Positions 11,208-24,709 of a stretch of 64,000 nucleotides of DNA are shown in pieces. Each line of letters begins with the position of its first letter. The first letter of the stretch is position 1. Where the stretch lies: positions 108,004,001 through 108,068,000 of the forward strand of contig OX597818.1 in assembly GCA_951406725.2 (NCBI GenBank), given 5' to 3'. A program made the position numbers and the translations under genes. The notes under the pieces were generated by a model that made no database searches, had not been told where the DNA came from, and saw only the letters and a list, made by a program, of their open reading frames with translations. The DNA comes from Octopus vulgaris. Lineage: Eukaryota.

Positions 11208-13404
11208 TACATATATAAATATATATATATATATCTTCATGTATGAATTAGAGGTGCACAAAGCAGTGTTGAATAAAGTATATATGTGTACAATTATGTT
11301 TAACACATTTGTGTCCATTCAGACCTGGAAAGATCTTGCACTGCTGAAATAGTCTGAAGAGAAAATTCCTCTCAGAGTCAACATGTGTGAAAATCCATTT
11401 GGCTGTGAAAAACTGATTTTCACATTCATAGCTCACGAAGTACAACAACAGAGAAATAGCAGCATCTCTCTGTCAGGTGATGTTGTTCATAGCCCAATGT
11501 GTTGTCAGACATATTGTCTTTGAGGAGAATATTCTGCCAAGATTATTTCTGCAGCGACTGATGTTCACACATCCAAGAGTCCACAAATGTGTTAATATGA
11601 TTGTACACACACACACACACACACATGCATAGACACAGACACACATGCACGTGTATGTGTGTGTGTGCGTGTGTGTGTGTATATGTGTGTGTAAAGTGCA
11701 TATCGCTCCTATTGGAAGAATCCTTTCTTTCAATTCCACTCAGTACTTATCTATTTGGTACCAGTATTATTTGCATGATTTACATCTCTCATCCTTTTAA
11801 GGTTTGGGGTTGGTGAAGGTGATTATTAGGGGCCTAGGTGGAATTTGAACTCTAAATGCAACAAACCAGAACAGGTACAGTAAAAGCATCTTGTCCTCTA
11901 CTTTAACAATTCCATTAATCTGCTCTGCTTGCGCTGACCTTCACCTGATGTGGGTTGATGTGGCTCTGATCATCAATGAGTTCACCATGTCCCTCACAAA
12001 TGCTGATCATCACATCCGACAGTCAACTCTGATGTTCCAGCTGGCAAAGTAATGCTTCTGCCTTCAGTCCACATATCTAGCTGGCAGATGTAACAAATGT
12101 TCCACCAGGTGTGCCATAGTCGTCATCCATTGTTGAGGGGTGAAGTTAATGGTCAAAGTTTCAATGAGAAAATAAGTCCCCCACATCAATCTGTTGTTGT
12201 AGCTGGGCACAGTTTGTTAATTGAAAATCATGAAAAGCAGCATTGACTTCATCAGGATTTGAACTCAGGGCATAGATATCCAGAGTCATCATATCTCATT
12301 GCAGGAGTCATCAAATAACTTCTAATGGATATAATCCAACGAAGTTGCCTATTTTTCCACTCATCAATTGCATCATCTGGCTGGATGCACCTAATTTTCT
12401 AATTAAATGCTTTTTACTTGCAAAAAAATGGTAAAATGTCTGTCAAAATATCTTGCCTTGCTGAGTGATATTCAATCATTACAGTCAGAGTTAAAACCTT
12501 GTTGGGGTCAACTGAGTCCTGGCAGTTTTAAACTAGTTGCCATACATTTATCTTAAACACTTTAATTGACATCTTCCACGAGGTAAACGAACAGCCCCTA
12601 CATAGTGATTCAATCAACTAGAAATAACAGTCATCTCCCAAATCACACCACACCTCTCTTTAAAATAGAAAACAAGATTGAATATGATGTAATCCTGAAC
12701 AACTAGACTGGATGGTTATGAGTGCAACTTATTTCAAAGGTTTACTCAGTGAAGGTCGGAAGTTGTCCCTGGGCTATTGTGAGACATCACTGAGTGCTGG
12801 AAACAGCAGTGGTGGCTAATACTGTAATCATTAGCAACATGCTTAAATATTCTGGTTTCAAATCCCAGTAAAATAGATTTGGATTTTGATTCATCTGTGT
12901 AGGTGGGGGGGGGGCACTAACAAATTGTATTGCTCCTTCACTGGCGTTGGATATATTTACTGGTCTTGCACCAATGTAAGGAATCATTTGATTGGTTATG
13001 GCAATGGATTGAAACAGTGGATTGGAAGAGCAGAGGACAAAATGGCTCACATTACTCATGAGCCAAGGTCATTCTGCTGTCAGAATCCTTAGCTGCACAA
13101 AATGTAAGTTCAAATCCTACCAAGGTCATCATTTCAGAGGTCAATAAAATAGATACCAATGAAGCACTAAGGCCAATAGAAATTACTACCCCCACCTACA
13201 CACACACACCCACACTTCCAACCCCACAAAATTTCAGACCTATAATACAAAGGATTATTTAATTACAAGCTTTAAGGTACTGAGTTCAAATTGAACCGGT
13301 ATCAACGTTGTCTTTCCTATATCCGGAGATTATAAATGAAGTGTTGGGGTTGAAGAAATTCACTGTTCCATTCCTCAACAATGATTCTTGTTACTATTAT
13401 TGCC

Positions 13405-13862
13405 GTTACTGAGTGCAAGAGCAGTGCATGCCATCAAAGTGACCCTGGGGTAAAATATACAAAGCCCAGTACACCCATCATGACTACCTGTCTGATAAGG
13501 GTACACCAGGCACGTGCATCACAACCATAAGTGTCTGACAAAGTGATCTCATATCAAAATATCAAAACGCCCAGTTATCTCATCCTACTCGAAGGCCCTT
13601 GAATAAGGGTTAAGGATGATGAATGAAACACCCATATTTCCAGGGGTAAATTATTCAAACCCCAAAGAATGCTTCTCAACACATGGCTTTGATGCACTCT
13701 CACTACTTCTGTTCATGATCAGCAAGATGCACATATGGTCAGCCAATAAGGGACATGCTCAACTGGTTGAGGTCAAGAAAATCTGTGGTATTGAACAGAA
13801 TATTTGCTGCAGTCCATCTTTTATACCAAGACAAAATATGTGCATGTTAACACTTGCAATCA
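13405..13862 (+). mobile_element. Unclassified interspersed repeat (family D)
   Basis: Reverse-complement homologue at 41853-42315 (GGGACATGCTCAACTGGTT, TGTGGTATTGA, CAGAATATTTGCTG, TTTATACCAAGACAAAA); strand arbitrary. Confidence 0.75.
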
Positions 13863-14089
13863 TTTTACTATTATTATTATTATTATTATTATTATTAGTG
13901 TTGTTGTTGTTATGATTATTGTAGCTGCTGGTGGTGGTTACGCTGTTGTTTCAGTAAAGTAACACAGCCACAATGAATCGATGAAATATATTCAGTAATG
14001 AAATACACCTGATATAATTCTCTTGCAGTATCAAAGAAAACAATTTGATTACACTTTATGTTGAATAATTAAGTTCAACTACATTTTAT

Positions 14090-14522
14090 ATATTTATACA
14101 CACAACACACCAATACACACACACATACATATGCACATAGCATAGGCACACATGCACATACATACACACACACACATCTGCTCATGCACATACACAAATA
14201 CATGTGTATGTATGTGTGGTTGAATGTGTGTATATCTGTATGCACATGCATGTGCATTTACAAACGCATACATGCATACAGGCTCCTGTACTTAAATGCA
14301 AATACACATACATAGTTAGACACACAATCATATATATACATGTGTATATATATGTATGTATGTAAGTATGTATGTATGTATGTATGTATGTATGTATGTA
14401 TGTATGCATGTATGTATGTATGTATGTATGTATATGTATGTATATATGTATATATATATGTATGTATGTATATATATATGTATGTATGTATGTATGTATG
14501 CATGCATGTATGTATGTATATG

Positions 14523-14553
<31 letters not shown>

Positions 14554-14790
14554 GTGTGTATATATGTATGTGTATATATATATATATGTATATATACAAA
14601 CACACACATACATATATATATATACATATATTATATATATTATATATACATACATACATATAAAATATGAAGGCATTTAAACATAGACAACACAGACACC
14701 CATACACCAATAGACATACATACGCACATAAACATACATACATATACGCACATACTATACACATGTAGCATTCACCCACAATCACACATA
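14090..14790. repeat. (CA)n/(TATG)n/(TA)n microsatellite block
   Basis: Read directly. Confidence 0.95.
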
Positions 14791-15669
14791 TATAGACAGG
14801 CTTGAAAAATAAAAATAAAATAGATAATAGAATTGATGAATAAATATCAAAGTAAAAAATCTAATATTTTACATAAAATTAGTTTTATGTTCAAACCTGT
14901 ACATTGAATGCTTGCATGTGTCTGTATGTGGCTTGCATGTGGCTTGCATGTGGCTATGTAAGTGCATTTAAGCATATACACATGTGCATATGGATATTTG
15001 CATATGTATATATATAATGCATGTGTAAGTACGCATGTTGTAGCCATGAGTACATGCATATATATGTGTTGATATATCTGTGGCTGCACATACATGTGTA
15101 CTGGAGTATGTGATGTGCATCTATATCATCACCATCATCATTAACATCATCATCATCGACATCATTATTATCATCATCGCCGTTGTCATCGTTTGTTGTT
15201 ATTATGATTGTTGTCATCATCATCATCACGTCATTTAACATCCATTTTCTCTGCTCGTTAACAGGAACCTGTCCAAATGTCCAACCTGTACCAGCATGAG
15301 ACAAACATACATGCATACTGCCATTGCACTTGCAGTGGAGCATGGAGCTTACAAGTCCCGTTCCTCTCTGCCCTCCACATGTCCCTGCCCCCCTGCCTCA
15401 CCCCCTGCAGACAGGACACACGTTTTACAGGCACCAAAAACCTGCCTTCAACTGAGAGAGAAAGATTTTTATATCATTGTGTGTGTGTGTGTGTGTGTGT
15501 GTGGTTGGGTATATGCATATGTATGTATATTAGTACCTCATTTGTAAAGAGACTTTGCACCAGCCACAGACCTGGTCCGTGGCACAGAGCAAGCTGTCCT
15601 GCAGGAATTCTCAGTTGCCCTCTATATCACAAGTCTGTAGCTCCTCCTCTCACTCATCAAATTTCTCAA

Positions 15670-16400
15670 TGAGGATGCCCCTAAATCTCTGACCATGTGA
15701 AGGATTCCTTAAGCTTTCAAATCCTTCTTTTCCAGATTGGTCTGCTTCTTGGCATCTTTCTGTCCTCGAGTCTAAACTTACTAATAACTAGTTTATGTTG
15801 GGGGGTACTTTCTTCACCAGGGTAGGTCTTTGTATTTAAGAGCAACCATGTGTCCTGCTGTCTGGTCAGCAGAATCACCTGATTGATAGGTTAACAGGTG
15901 GCTGGCTGGCTTCCTGAAGTTAGTGTTGCAGATCAATAGGTTGCTTGCATCACAAATCTTCAGTAGACTAACTCCGTCTTTATTTTAGGAACGAATTCCA
16001 TGGTTCCCTTGAACACCATGGAAAATACCAGGGTGCCGTCCAGCATGCCCATTAAAAATTCCAGCTACAAAGATTAGATCATTGTCACTTGTCTTTGAGG
16101 TAACTGGCAGAAAAATATCATAAAAGTGATCCTTCTGTTCATTTGGTAGACCTGCTTGTGGAGCATAAGCAGATATAACTGTGGCTATACTATTCTGCAA
16201 GACTAGCCTGAGCTTAAGCACTCTAACACACACCCTGACTACCTGTATGACCTTATCCACCCATTTCTCTGCAAGGAGTATACCCACACCACCTATTCCA
16301 TCACTGTTACCTTCCCAGAAGATTTTACACCTATATGCCTTGCCTATGAGGACCATGGTTGAAGCTCCTCCCTGCCTTACCTCTTGTATGCAGCATACAT
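15670..16400 (-). pseudogene. RTE-clade LINE apurinic-like endonuclease fragment, disrupted
   Basis: CIQEVR...GGVGILLAEKWVDKVIQVVRV...VISAYAPQAGL...IFVAGIFNGHAG, then past a stop LLICNTNFRKPASHLLTYQSG and QHKLVI: APE endonuclease motifs of RTE/BovB elements. Confidence 0.9.
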
Positions 16401-16436
16401 CAACACACACACACACACATATATATATACATATAT

Positions 16437-16477
<41 letters not shown>

Positions 16478-16482
16478 TCAAG

Positions 16483-16780
16483 TAGGTACTGTAAATTTAG
16501 GACGAATACTTGATAAGTGTAAGCACCTGTATATGCCAGATACTGGCAGAGGTGAGAGAGTATGTATCAAATATAAATTAAAAACAGAGCACAAAGGATA
16601 TTGTGGTACATGTGTTTCAAGCTTTAATGGATTGTTTATAAAGCTTGAAACACGTGTACCACAATATCCTTTGTGTCTGTCTTTAATTTTATTTGATATA
16701 TTCTCTCTCACCTCTGTCACTATCTAGCATATACAGGTGCTTACACTTATCAAGTATTCACCCTAAATTTACAGTACCTA
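16483..16780. mobile_element. Fold-back insert in (TA)n, ~143-bp arms, hammerhead 3' half
   Basis: Arms 16483-16626 and 16639-16780 with a 12-nt loop. GAAAC-ACGT-GTA at 16647-16658. (TA)n on both sides. Confidence 0.8.
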
Positions 16781-16799
16781 ATATATATATATATATATA

Positions 16800-17360
16800 T
16801 TTGTGTGTTTGTGCCTGTGTTTGTCCTCCCACCATCGCTTGACAACTGAGGCTAGTATGTTTACATATCCGAAACTTACCAGTTCGGTAAAAGAGACTGA
16901 TAGAATAAGTATCAGGCTTACAAAGAATAAGTCCTGGGGTCGATTTCTTCGACTATAGGCGGTGCTCCAGCACCACCTTTAGTCAAAGGAATAAAAGAAT
17001 ATATTCTAAAATCAAATGGAAATTGTAATTGTGATCCCTGTGCCGGTGGCACATAAAAAGCACCAACCGAACAAGGCCAATGCCAGTGCCACTTTGACTG
17101 GCTTCGATGCCAGTGGCACATAAAAAACATCAACCAATCATGGCCGCTGCCAGCCTCCCCTGGCACCTGTGCCGGTGGCATGTAAAAAGCACCCACTACA
17201 CTCATGGAGTGGTTGGCGTTAGGAAGGGCATCCAGCTGTAGAAACACTGCCAGATCAGACTGGAGCCTGGTGCAGCCTCCTGGCTTCCCAGACTGCAGTC
17301 GAACTGTGCAACCCATGCCAGCGAGGAAAACGGATGTTAAACAATGATGATGATGATGAT
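16800..17360 (+). mobile_element. Family A 3' half followed by family B copy
   Basis: A: CCCACCATCGCTTGACAAC...GGTGCTCCAGC (16800-17000). B: 17008-17360 ending GTTAAAC AATGATGATGAT. Confidence 0.8.
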
Positions 17361-17568
17361 ATATAAATATAAGATCTAAGGATCAAGGTGTAGCAAGTAT
17401 GTTAGCTTGAAGCAAACCATAGAAAATATAAAAACAACTTCTAGGAACAAAACTGTTTTACTGAAGCGGAAGGTTGTGGATTTCTTTTCCATATTGAAGT
17501 ATGGTAAGCTGAAAAGAATGTTTTATATTCCATGATGGGCAGGCAGGGTTGCCAGATTTGAAAATGAA

Positions 17569-18020
17569 ATACAAGAGTTAAGGAATGGAGTGCATTGTCA
17601 TGTATCTCCTTACGACAATGTGAACTTCATTTAAGTTAGAAACCCTTGGCTTGAAGAGTAGCCTGAGGTGCACACCTTGCTTGGATATTTACCACTTCCA
17701 TGGTTCCACTCACTATGAAACATATGTAGCCTGGATATTAGCCACTCCATTCCTTAACTCTTGTATATATATATATATATATATATTAAATTCAACTTGC
17801 ATTGGAAGTCAACAAAGTTTGTTTTAGAAGTGTTGAGAGGTATTGAAAGATAAGGAAATAATTTTATTCTCAAATGCACAATAATGCTTATAATGTAGGA
17901 TGAACAGGATAAACTATCCATATATTGCAGGAAAATCTGTCAGCAGCCGACAGATTTTTCTGCAAAATATGGATAGTTTGTCCTGTTCATGTTATATTAT
18001 TAGCATTATCCTGCATTTGA

Positions 18021-18051
<31 letters not shown>

Positions 18052-18331
18052 TGTACTTGCATAGCAAGACACCTGATCTGTGATTGTGTGCTGGAACGAA
18101 AACAATTACAGTGTGGAAGGTGTTTATAAGCCATTTAAAACACACAAAAGCCATTAAATTCACTTCAACATATAAATTTAATTTGCTCGTCGCTTTAAGA
18201 CCACAACCTGTTCACTGACAAAATTCCATGCACGAAAATATTTTGGCAAATTAAATTTAAATGTTGAAGTGAATCCGACGGTTTTTGTGTAAATAAAATG
18301 GCTTATAAACACCTTGCACGCTGCAGTTGTT
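17569..18331. mobile_element. Three consecutive fold-back inserts separated by (TA)n
   Basis: Inverted arms 17569-17592/17743-17766; hairpin 17869-18021; arms 18101-18186/18246-18331. Confidence 0.8.
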
Positions 18332-18334
18332 ATA

Positions 18335-18366
<32 letters not shown>

Positions 18367-18848
18367 AACTTACTGTTAACAAAATTTGGGATGCATGGCA
18401 TTCAGTTATTCCATAAATGAAGAATGCATTAAACACTACAAAACGTACGCATAGGATAGACAAGGACCCTAGTGTTTCATTAGTTATTGAACAAAAATAC
18501 TAACACCCAGTTTCATTCCTTTAACAATATGACTAGGAACTTTGTATATTAGCGGTACTTGTAAGATTTGCATGGAATTAGGGCTCAAACAAACAAAACA
18601 ACACAAGGAGGATGAACAAAAGTAAACAATGGTAATTTGGATAGACGAAGACAATGAATTAACACCTTATGGCCAAACACCAGATGGATGGATTAACACC
18701 TGGAAGAAATCTTCAAATGAATATAAAAAGAGAAATAGCAAGAGAGGAGAGAAAGTTGACCAGGATGCTAGGCGTCCAGTGGCGAAAAGGCAGGAGACAG
18801 AAAATCAGTCAAGGGTCATGTGTGGGCAGCAAATAGAAGAGAAGGAAG

Positions 18849-18901
<53 letters not shown>

Positions 18902-18936
18902 ACAGGGGAAGGAATATATATATATATTTTTTTTTT

Positions 18937-19720
18937 TTACTTGTTTCAGTCATTTGACTGCGGCCATGCTAGAGCACCGCCTTTAATCGAGCAACTCGAC
19001 CCCGGGACTTATTCTTTGTAAGCTCAGTACTTATTCTATCAGTCTCTTTTGCCGAACCACTAAGTGACGGGGACGTAAACACACCAGCATCGGTTGTCAA
19101 GCAATGCTAGGTGGACAAACACAGACACACACACGCGTATATATACATATATACGACGGGCTTCTTTCAGTTTCCGTCTACCAAATCCACTCACAAGGCA
19201 TTGGTCGGCCCGAGGCTATAGTAGAAGACACTTGCCCAATATATGCATATATTCTTTTATTCATTTTTCTTTTATTTGACTCAGTCATTTGACTCAGTCA
19301 TTTGACTCAGTCATTTGACTCAGTCATTTGACTCAGTCATTTGACTCAGTCATTTGACTGCACCCATGCTGGAGCACTACCATTAGTCAAGCAAATCGAC
19401 CCCAGGAATTATTCTTTGTAAGACTAGGAATTAATCTCTTTTGCTGAACCACTAAGTTACAGAGACGTAAACACACTAGTATCAGTTGTCAAGCAATGTT
19501 GGGTGGTGGGGGAATGCACAGACACACAAACATATATATGTATATATACATATATAGGACAGGCATCTTTCAGTTTCCGTCTACCAAATCCACTCGCAAG
19601 GCTTTGGTTGGCCCAAGGCTATAGTAGAAGACAGTTGCTCAAGATGCCATGCAGTGGGACTGAACCTGGAACCATGTGATTGGTAAGCAAGTTATTTACC
19701 ATACAACCACTCCTGTGCCT
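18937..19720 (-). mobile_element. Two family A SINE copies in tandem
   Basis: Each shows CAGTCATTTGACTG...TTCCGTCTACCAAATCCACTC...; the second includes the tRNA-like head near 19640-19720. Confidence 0.85.
19277..19355. repeat. Six tandem copies of 13-bp GACTCAGTCATTT
   Basis: Read directly; expansion of the SINE A 3' terminal motif. Confidence 0.95.
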
Positions 19721-20787
19721 ATAGCAAGCTTCTTACCATACAGGCACTCCTGTGCCTATATATATATATATATATATAAATTGTGTGCCTATATATATAT
19801 ATAGATCGGATTGATACTTGCATATCTACAGTATCCTACCAACATTTGGTGAATTCAATGCTGTTTATTTCAATGTGAGCTTGCTATTATTGTACCTAGC
19901 CATTTCTGGTCTCCTACAAGCTGATGTGCCTTGATTTTTATGAATCCATACAATAAAGTCATATGTACATATATATATATATATATGTTTTTTTGTGTTA
20001 TGCTTCTTCTTGATTCTGTTACTTTGCTATGGCCAGACTGGAGCACTATCATATTTGATGTTGGGGAGTATATTGACCCCACAGTATATTTTATTGAAAG
20101 GATGTAAAGCTGATTAGACTCGAGCAATATCCAAACTTCAAAATGAAAATAAAAACAGAAGAAAAATATTTTGTTTGACACTCAATTGCTTCTGTATTAT
20201 ACCATGGCCAACACCCCAGACACACCCTTTTGGTAAGCTGCTAAACTTTTAACAATCTGCTTACTTAGCTGCCTAAATTTTGGCAATCAGTTCAGGGAGC
20301 TACGAAAATATTGAATAAAGAATATGAATTTGATAATCAAATATCTCCATATTGGAATAATTTGTTGATCTGTGCCTCTTCTACTGAGAAAGCAACAGGG
20401 ATTCCTCTTGCACACCACTCCTCTCTGTCCTTTTTTGTATTTCTTTTGGCTGTTGAGCCTGTCTATGTTAGGTGGGCACAGGCTTTTCCGTCTCTCTCCC
20501 TTAAGAAGACATATCGCTGTCATGTAGATCCCCTTATGCAAACACTCTGATATGAAAATATCATAACACGCTCACTTCTCCCTCCCTCCCTCTCTTCTCT
20601 CTCTGACACAAAGATTTATAAATATATACAAAGATATATACAGTAAAGCATATTACAAAATCATATGACTCCTACTCATGACAGTCTGCCTCTATCTATC
20701 TATCGTATACATCTATCTATCGCATCCATATCTATCTATCTATTGCATACATATATATGTGTATATGTATGTATGTATATATATATA

Positions 20788-20840
<53 letters not shown>

Positions 20841-20869
20841 ATATATATATGTGTGTGTGTGTATATATA

Positions 20870-20904
<35 letters not shown>

Positions 20905-20913
20905 ATATATATA

Positions 20914-20944
<31 letters not shown>

Positions 20945-21400
20945 CTCACCATCATCATCATCGTAGTCGTTTAACGTCCGCTTTCCATGGTGGCATGGGT
21001 TAGATGGTTCGACTGAAGACTGGCATGCCAGAAGGCTGCACCAGGCTTAATCTGATCTGGCAAAGTTTCTACAGCTGGATGCCCTTCCTAACACCAACCA
21101 TTCTGAGAGTGTACTGGGTGCTTTTACGTGCCACTGGCACAAAGGCCAGTCAGGCAGTTCTGGCAATGACCATGCTCAAAAGGTGTTTTTACGTGCTACC
21201 TGCACAGGAGTCAGTCCGGCTACACTGGCAATGACCTCACTCAAATGTTGTTTTCCATGTGCCAGTAAGGCGACACTGGCAATGATCACGCTCGGATGGT
21301 GCTTTTCATGAGTCACCGGCATGAGAGCCAATCTGTGGCCCTGGCAACAATCACTTTCGGATGTGCTTTTAACGTTCCACTGGCACGAGTACCAATAAGG
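20945..21400 (-). mobile_element. Family B repeat with internal tandem subrepeats
   Basis: CGTTTAACGTCCGCTTTCCATG...; repeated GGTGCTTTT...GTGCCAC...GGCAATGA units. Confidence 0.8.
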
Positions 21401-21421
21401 TGGTTTTACTAATTATATACA

Positions 21422-21604
21422 TAATTATAAGAAGGGATTGGCTATAAGCTTCCCCATGCACTAGAAAAATAGATGCTTAAAAATGCTATTACCACCTTAA
21501 CTACAAAAAATAAAACATGGAGTTTTTAAGGTGATAATAGCACCTTTGGGCGCCTCTTTTTCTAGTTTGTGGAGAGGCTTATAGCCAATCTCTTGTTATA
21601 ATTA
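21422..21604. mobile_element. Fold-back insert, ~79-bp diverged arms
   Basis: TAATTATAAGAAGGGATTGGCTATAAGC...CACCTTAA mirrored by TTAAGGTG...GCTTATAGCCAATCTCTTGTTATAATTA. Confidence 0.75.
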
Positions 21605-23634
21605 AGAGCCTTTACACAGTCAAACAATTGCTAGAAATAGCAACTATATTTCAATCAATTCACTTACAAAGAAAGATACTTAAGAGAATGTGGTACTTGA
21701 TATACTAAAACAACTGGATTGTCTTGATTAGAATGCTTTAATGAATTAAAGCTGACTGAGGAGCACCAAATAACAACTATAAATCTTTTGGGCTAACAAA
21801 GCATCCACTGCATTCATTTATTCTCAACCTTTCCACAATAATTTTCACCCTCGGTTTCATATATTTTATCATATTGCTCTTTACTCACATACAAAAATTA
21901 CACACTAAATAATAGCTATATATAAAAGCCCACCTCACTGCCCAAAATCTATCTTTAAGATAGCATGTTAGTGCTATTCACTTCATTAAAATACCTTTTC
22001 AATAATATAACATTAAAATAGGGTAATAGCCAGAATCAAAGGAAACTGGTGATTGTCTACATCAGGAAAAATCAGTCAATATAAAGTTCTGAAGATCAGT
22101 AAAATTTATTTACCGTGAAGTTGAGAGATTGATTTTGTGGAGGGGACACTTGCTTAGTAAGAAGGCAGTGTGAGAGTGAGTGAAGCCAAGGATGTGAGGT
22201 AAATGAAGGGAAGGGTCAAAAGGTTGTGGTTGCATGAGAGATACAGCTCTCATGCAACCACAAAAGAAAGGGAGAGATTAATGTATTGTGAAGAGGAAGA
22301 GGACAGGAAGGTAGAGAGGTACAATACATCAAACAACCATGTATAGAGTTACAGTTATGATGACAAGTTAAAGTGGGCAGGAAGGAATGGATGGTGGTGG
22401 TATTGAGGAAGAGGACAAGTGAAGGATGTGGGTTGGATCTCATAGACAAACACAATTCTGCCAATAAATAATTATATACATACATTCGTACAAACACTCA
22501 AACACATTTCCTGTCACCATGACAAATAAACTTTACCAATCTCTTGAATTTACAATTGCTTTCAAATTTTAGTACAAGATCAGTCATTTCAGGGGAAGGG
22601 TTACATCAACTCCAATATACAACTGGTACTTATTTAATTAACATCGAAAGAATGAAAGGCAAAAGCGACAGGTGGAAATTGAACTCACTAACTTTCCCTT
22701 CGTAACATTAAATAGTTAACTGAGTTACCGATGCAGATAGAAGGAGTTATTTTATTGCACTGGACAGATCTCCTTTCAGTGTCCAACAAAAGGAAATTAA
22801 CAAATTCTTCACACAAACCAGTGAATTCTGGGCTCAGCTGACAGCTATACAGAGTTGCATACAAGCGTACGTACGCACTAGCAGAGAAAAGGCTTAAGAG
22901 GAAGAACCTGGTCAAAATAGTGTTAGAAATGAAGGAAGAAGTCGGTGGAAAGATATATAGAACATGAAAAAGAGAAAAGAATACAGACAGGATGGAAAGT
23001 TCTTAGATATGAGAGACGAGGGATTAGCTTAAAAAGCAATATAATGGTCAGTCACTCAGGAGACAATAAGGAAACCCAGTAGAGCATATAAGGGTAGGAA
23101 GATGTGTGATAAAATTAAAGAAAAATAAAAGCAATTAAGAGAAAAAGAGCGATTACCAGCTAATGCTGAGTCTGCCTGAATGTCTAGCTGTCAAGAGGTT
23201 GAAAATCCTCCAAGCCTCAGTAGAATTGGCCTCAGAAGAATTGAGAAAAAAATGGTTGTAAATTCGACTGAGAGCCAAAGGCAACCAAATTAGTGGAAAG
23301 GAGAGTTACAGCTGGAGAAGTATTGTTATATAACAAATTAACAATCATATAATTACATAAATAATCATTTAAATAAAATTCAAGGGACATAAGCATGTAT
23401 AAGGTCTTATAACAGATTATCATAAGAGTAAGTCACAGAATTAGAAAGGATTGCAAAAGCAGGAGGGAAGTGTCGAAGACAGAGAAGCAAATAATCCTTT
23501 AACTCAGGTGGAACATTATTGATTGACATTCAAAAAAAAAGGGATTTTAAAAAGAACTCTGGTGGAAGGTGATAACTTCTCTCTAGCAGTTCAGAAGACG
23601 GTGGAAATTTTCTTTCAAAATCTCAATAGACTCT

Positions 23635-23755
23635 TTCGATGATGTCTTCGGGTTTGTGGTCATACCAATTTTTTGCTCTGTCAAGTCCATACTTGTTGCA
23701 AAGTGACCAATGGACAAGCCTGGCTATATTGTCGTGACATCTCTTATATTCAATT
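23635..23755 (-). pseudogene. RLE-type non-LTR retrotransposon (R4/Dong-like) fragment
   Basis: Minus strand EYKRCHDNIARLVHWSLCNKYGLDRAKNWYDHKPEDIIE matches the RHD motif region preceding the restriction-like endonuclease. Confidence 0.75.
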
Positions 23756-23794
23756 CTTGTGGCATCTCTTTCTTTCCCATTTTTTTTACTTATT

Positions 23795-23882
<88 letters not shown>

Positions 23883-23984
23883 CATTGTTATTATTTTTAT
23901 TAAAGACTCTAAAAGAAGCAGCACATGAGCTAGGACACAACAACCTCCCATATATAGATACATATATATATATGTATATATATA

Positions 23985-24570
23985 TATCATCAACATCATC
24001 ATTTAACGTCCGCTTTCTATGCTAGCATGGGTTGGACGATTTGACTGAGGTCTGGCAAACCAGACTCCAATCTGATCTGGCTTAGTTTCTACAGATGGAT
24101 GCTCTTCCTTATGCCAAGCATTGCAAGAGTGTAGTAGGTGCCTTTTATGACTCAACATCATGGATACCTTCTATGTGTTAGTGGCACAGGTGCTGCTAAC
24201 ACATGTCACTAGCACAGGCATCTTTTATGTGTCACCAGCTCTGGCCACGACTATGATTTGACTTGTCTTGACATGGCTTCTCAAGCACAGCAAATTACCA
24301 AAAATCTCAATCATTTGTCATCGCTTCTCTGAGACCCAGGATCTGAAGATCATCCTTCACCACTGCTTCCGATGTCTTCCTGGGTCTACCTCTTCCCCCC
24401 TCTACAATCAGAGATCAGTGCTTCTTTTTGCAACTATCCTTGTTCAATAGGCCTCACATGACCATATCAGCACAGTCTTCTCTCCTGTGCACAACACCTG
24501 ATCTCTCTTGTACCCAACGTTTCTCTCAAAATGCTTACACTCTGTCATATACGCACACTGACATTGCACT
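23985..24570 (-). mobile_element. RTE LINE 3' end: decayed ORF C-terminus running into the family B UTR and (GAT)n tail
   Basis: Minus strand ...ERRLC*YGHV...RGRPRKT...VVKDDLQILGL..., then family B sequence and tail at 23985-24010. Confidence 0.8.
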
Positions 24571-24580
24571 ATATATGTAT

Positions 24581-24709
24581 ATATTATAATGTGGGAGGCT
24601 GGTTTATGGGGTTACCCTACGTTTCTTGCTCATAAGGGGTTTAGACTAAACCCCTTATGCATAAGAAACCTAGGGTAACCCCATAAACCAGCCTCCCACA
24701 TTATAATAT
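24581..24709. mobile_element. Near-perfect 129-bp palindrome between TA-rich tracts
   Basis: Symmetric about 24645 (GGGGTTTAG A CTAAACCCC). Confidence 0.85.

Noticed and set aside
22690-23620. Possible decayed LINE sequence (likewise 42640-43240 and 44100-44370)
   Set aside because: Only isolated motif hints amid many stops; not assignable by eye.
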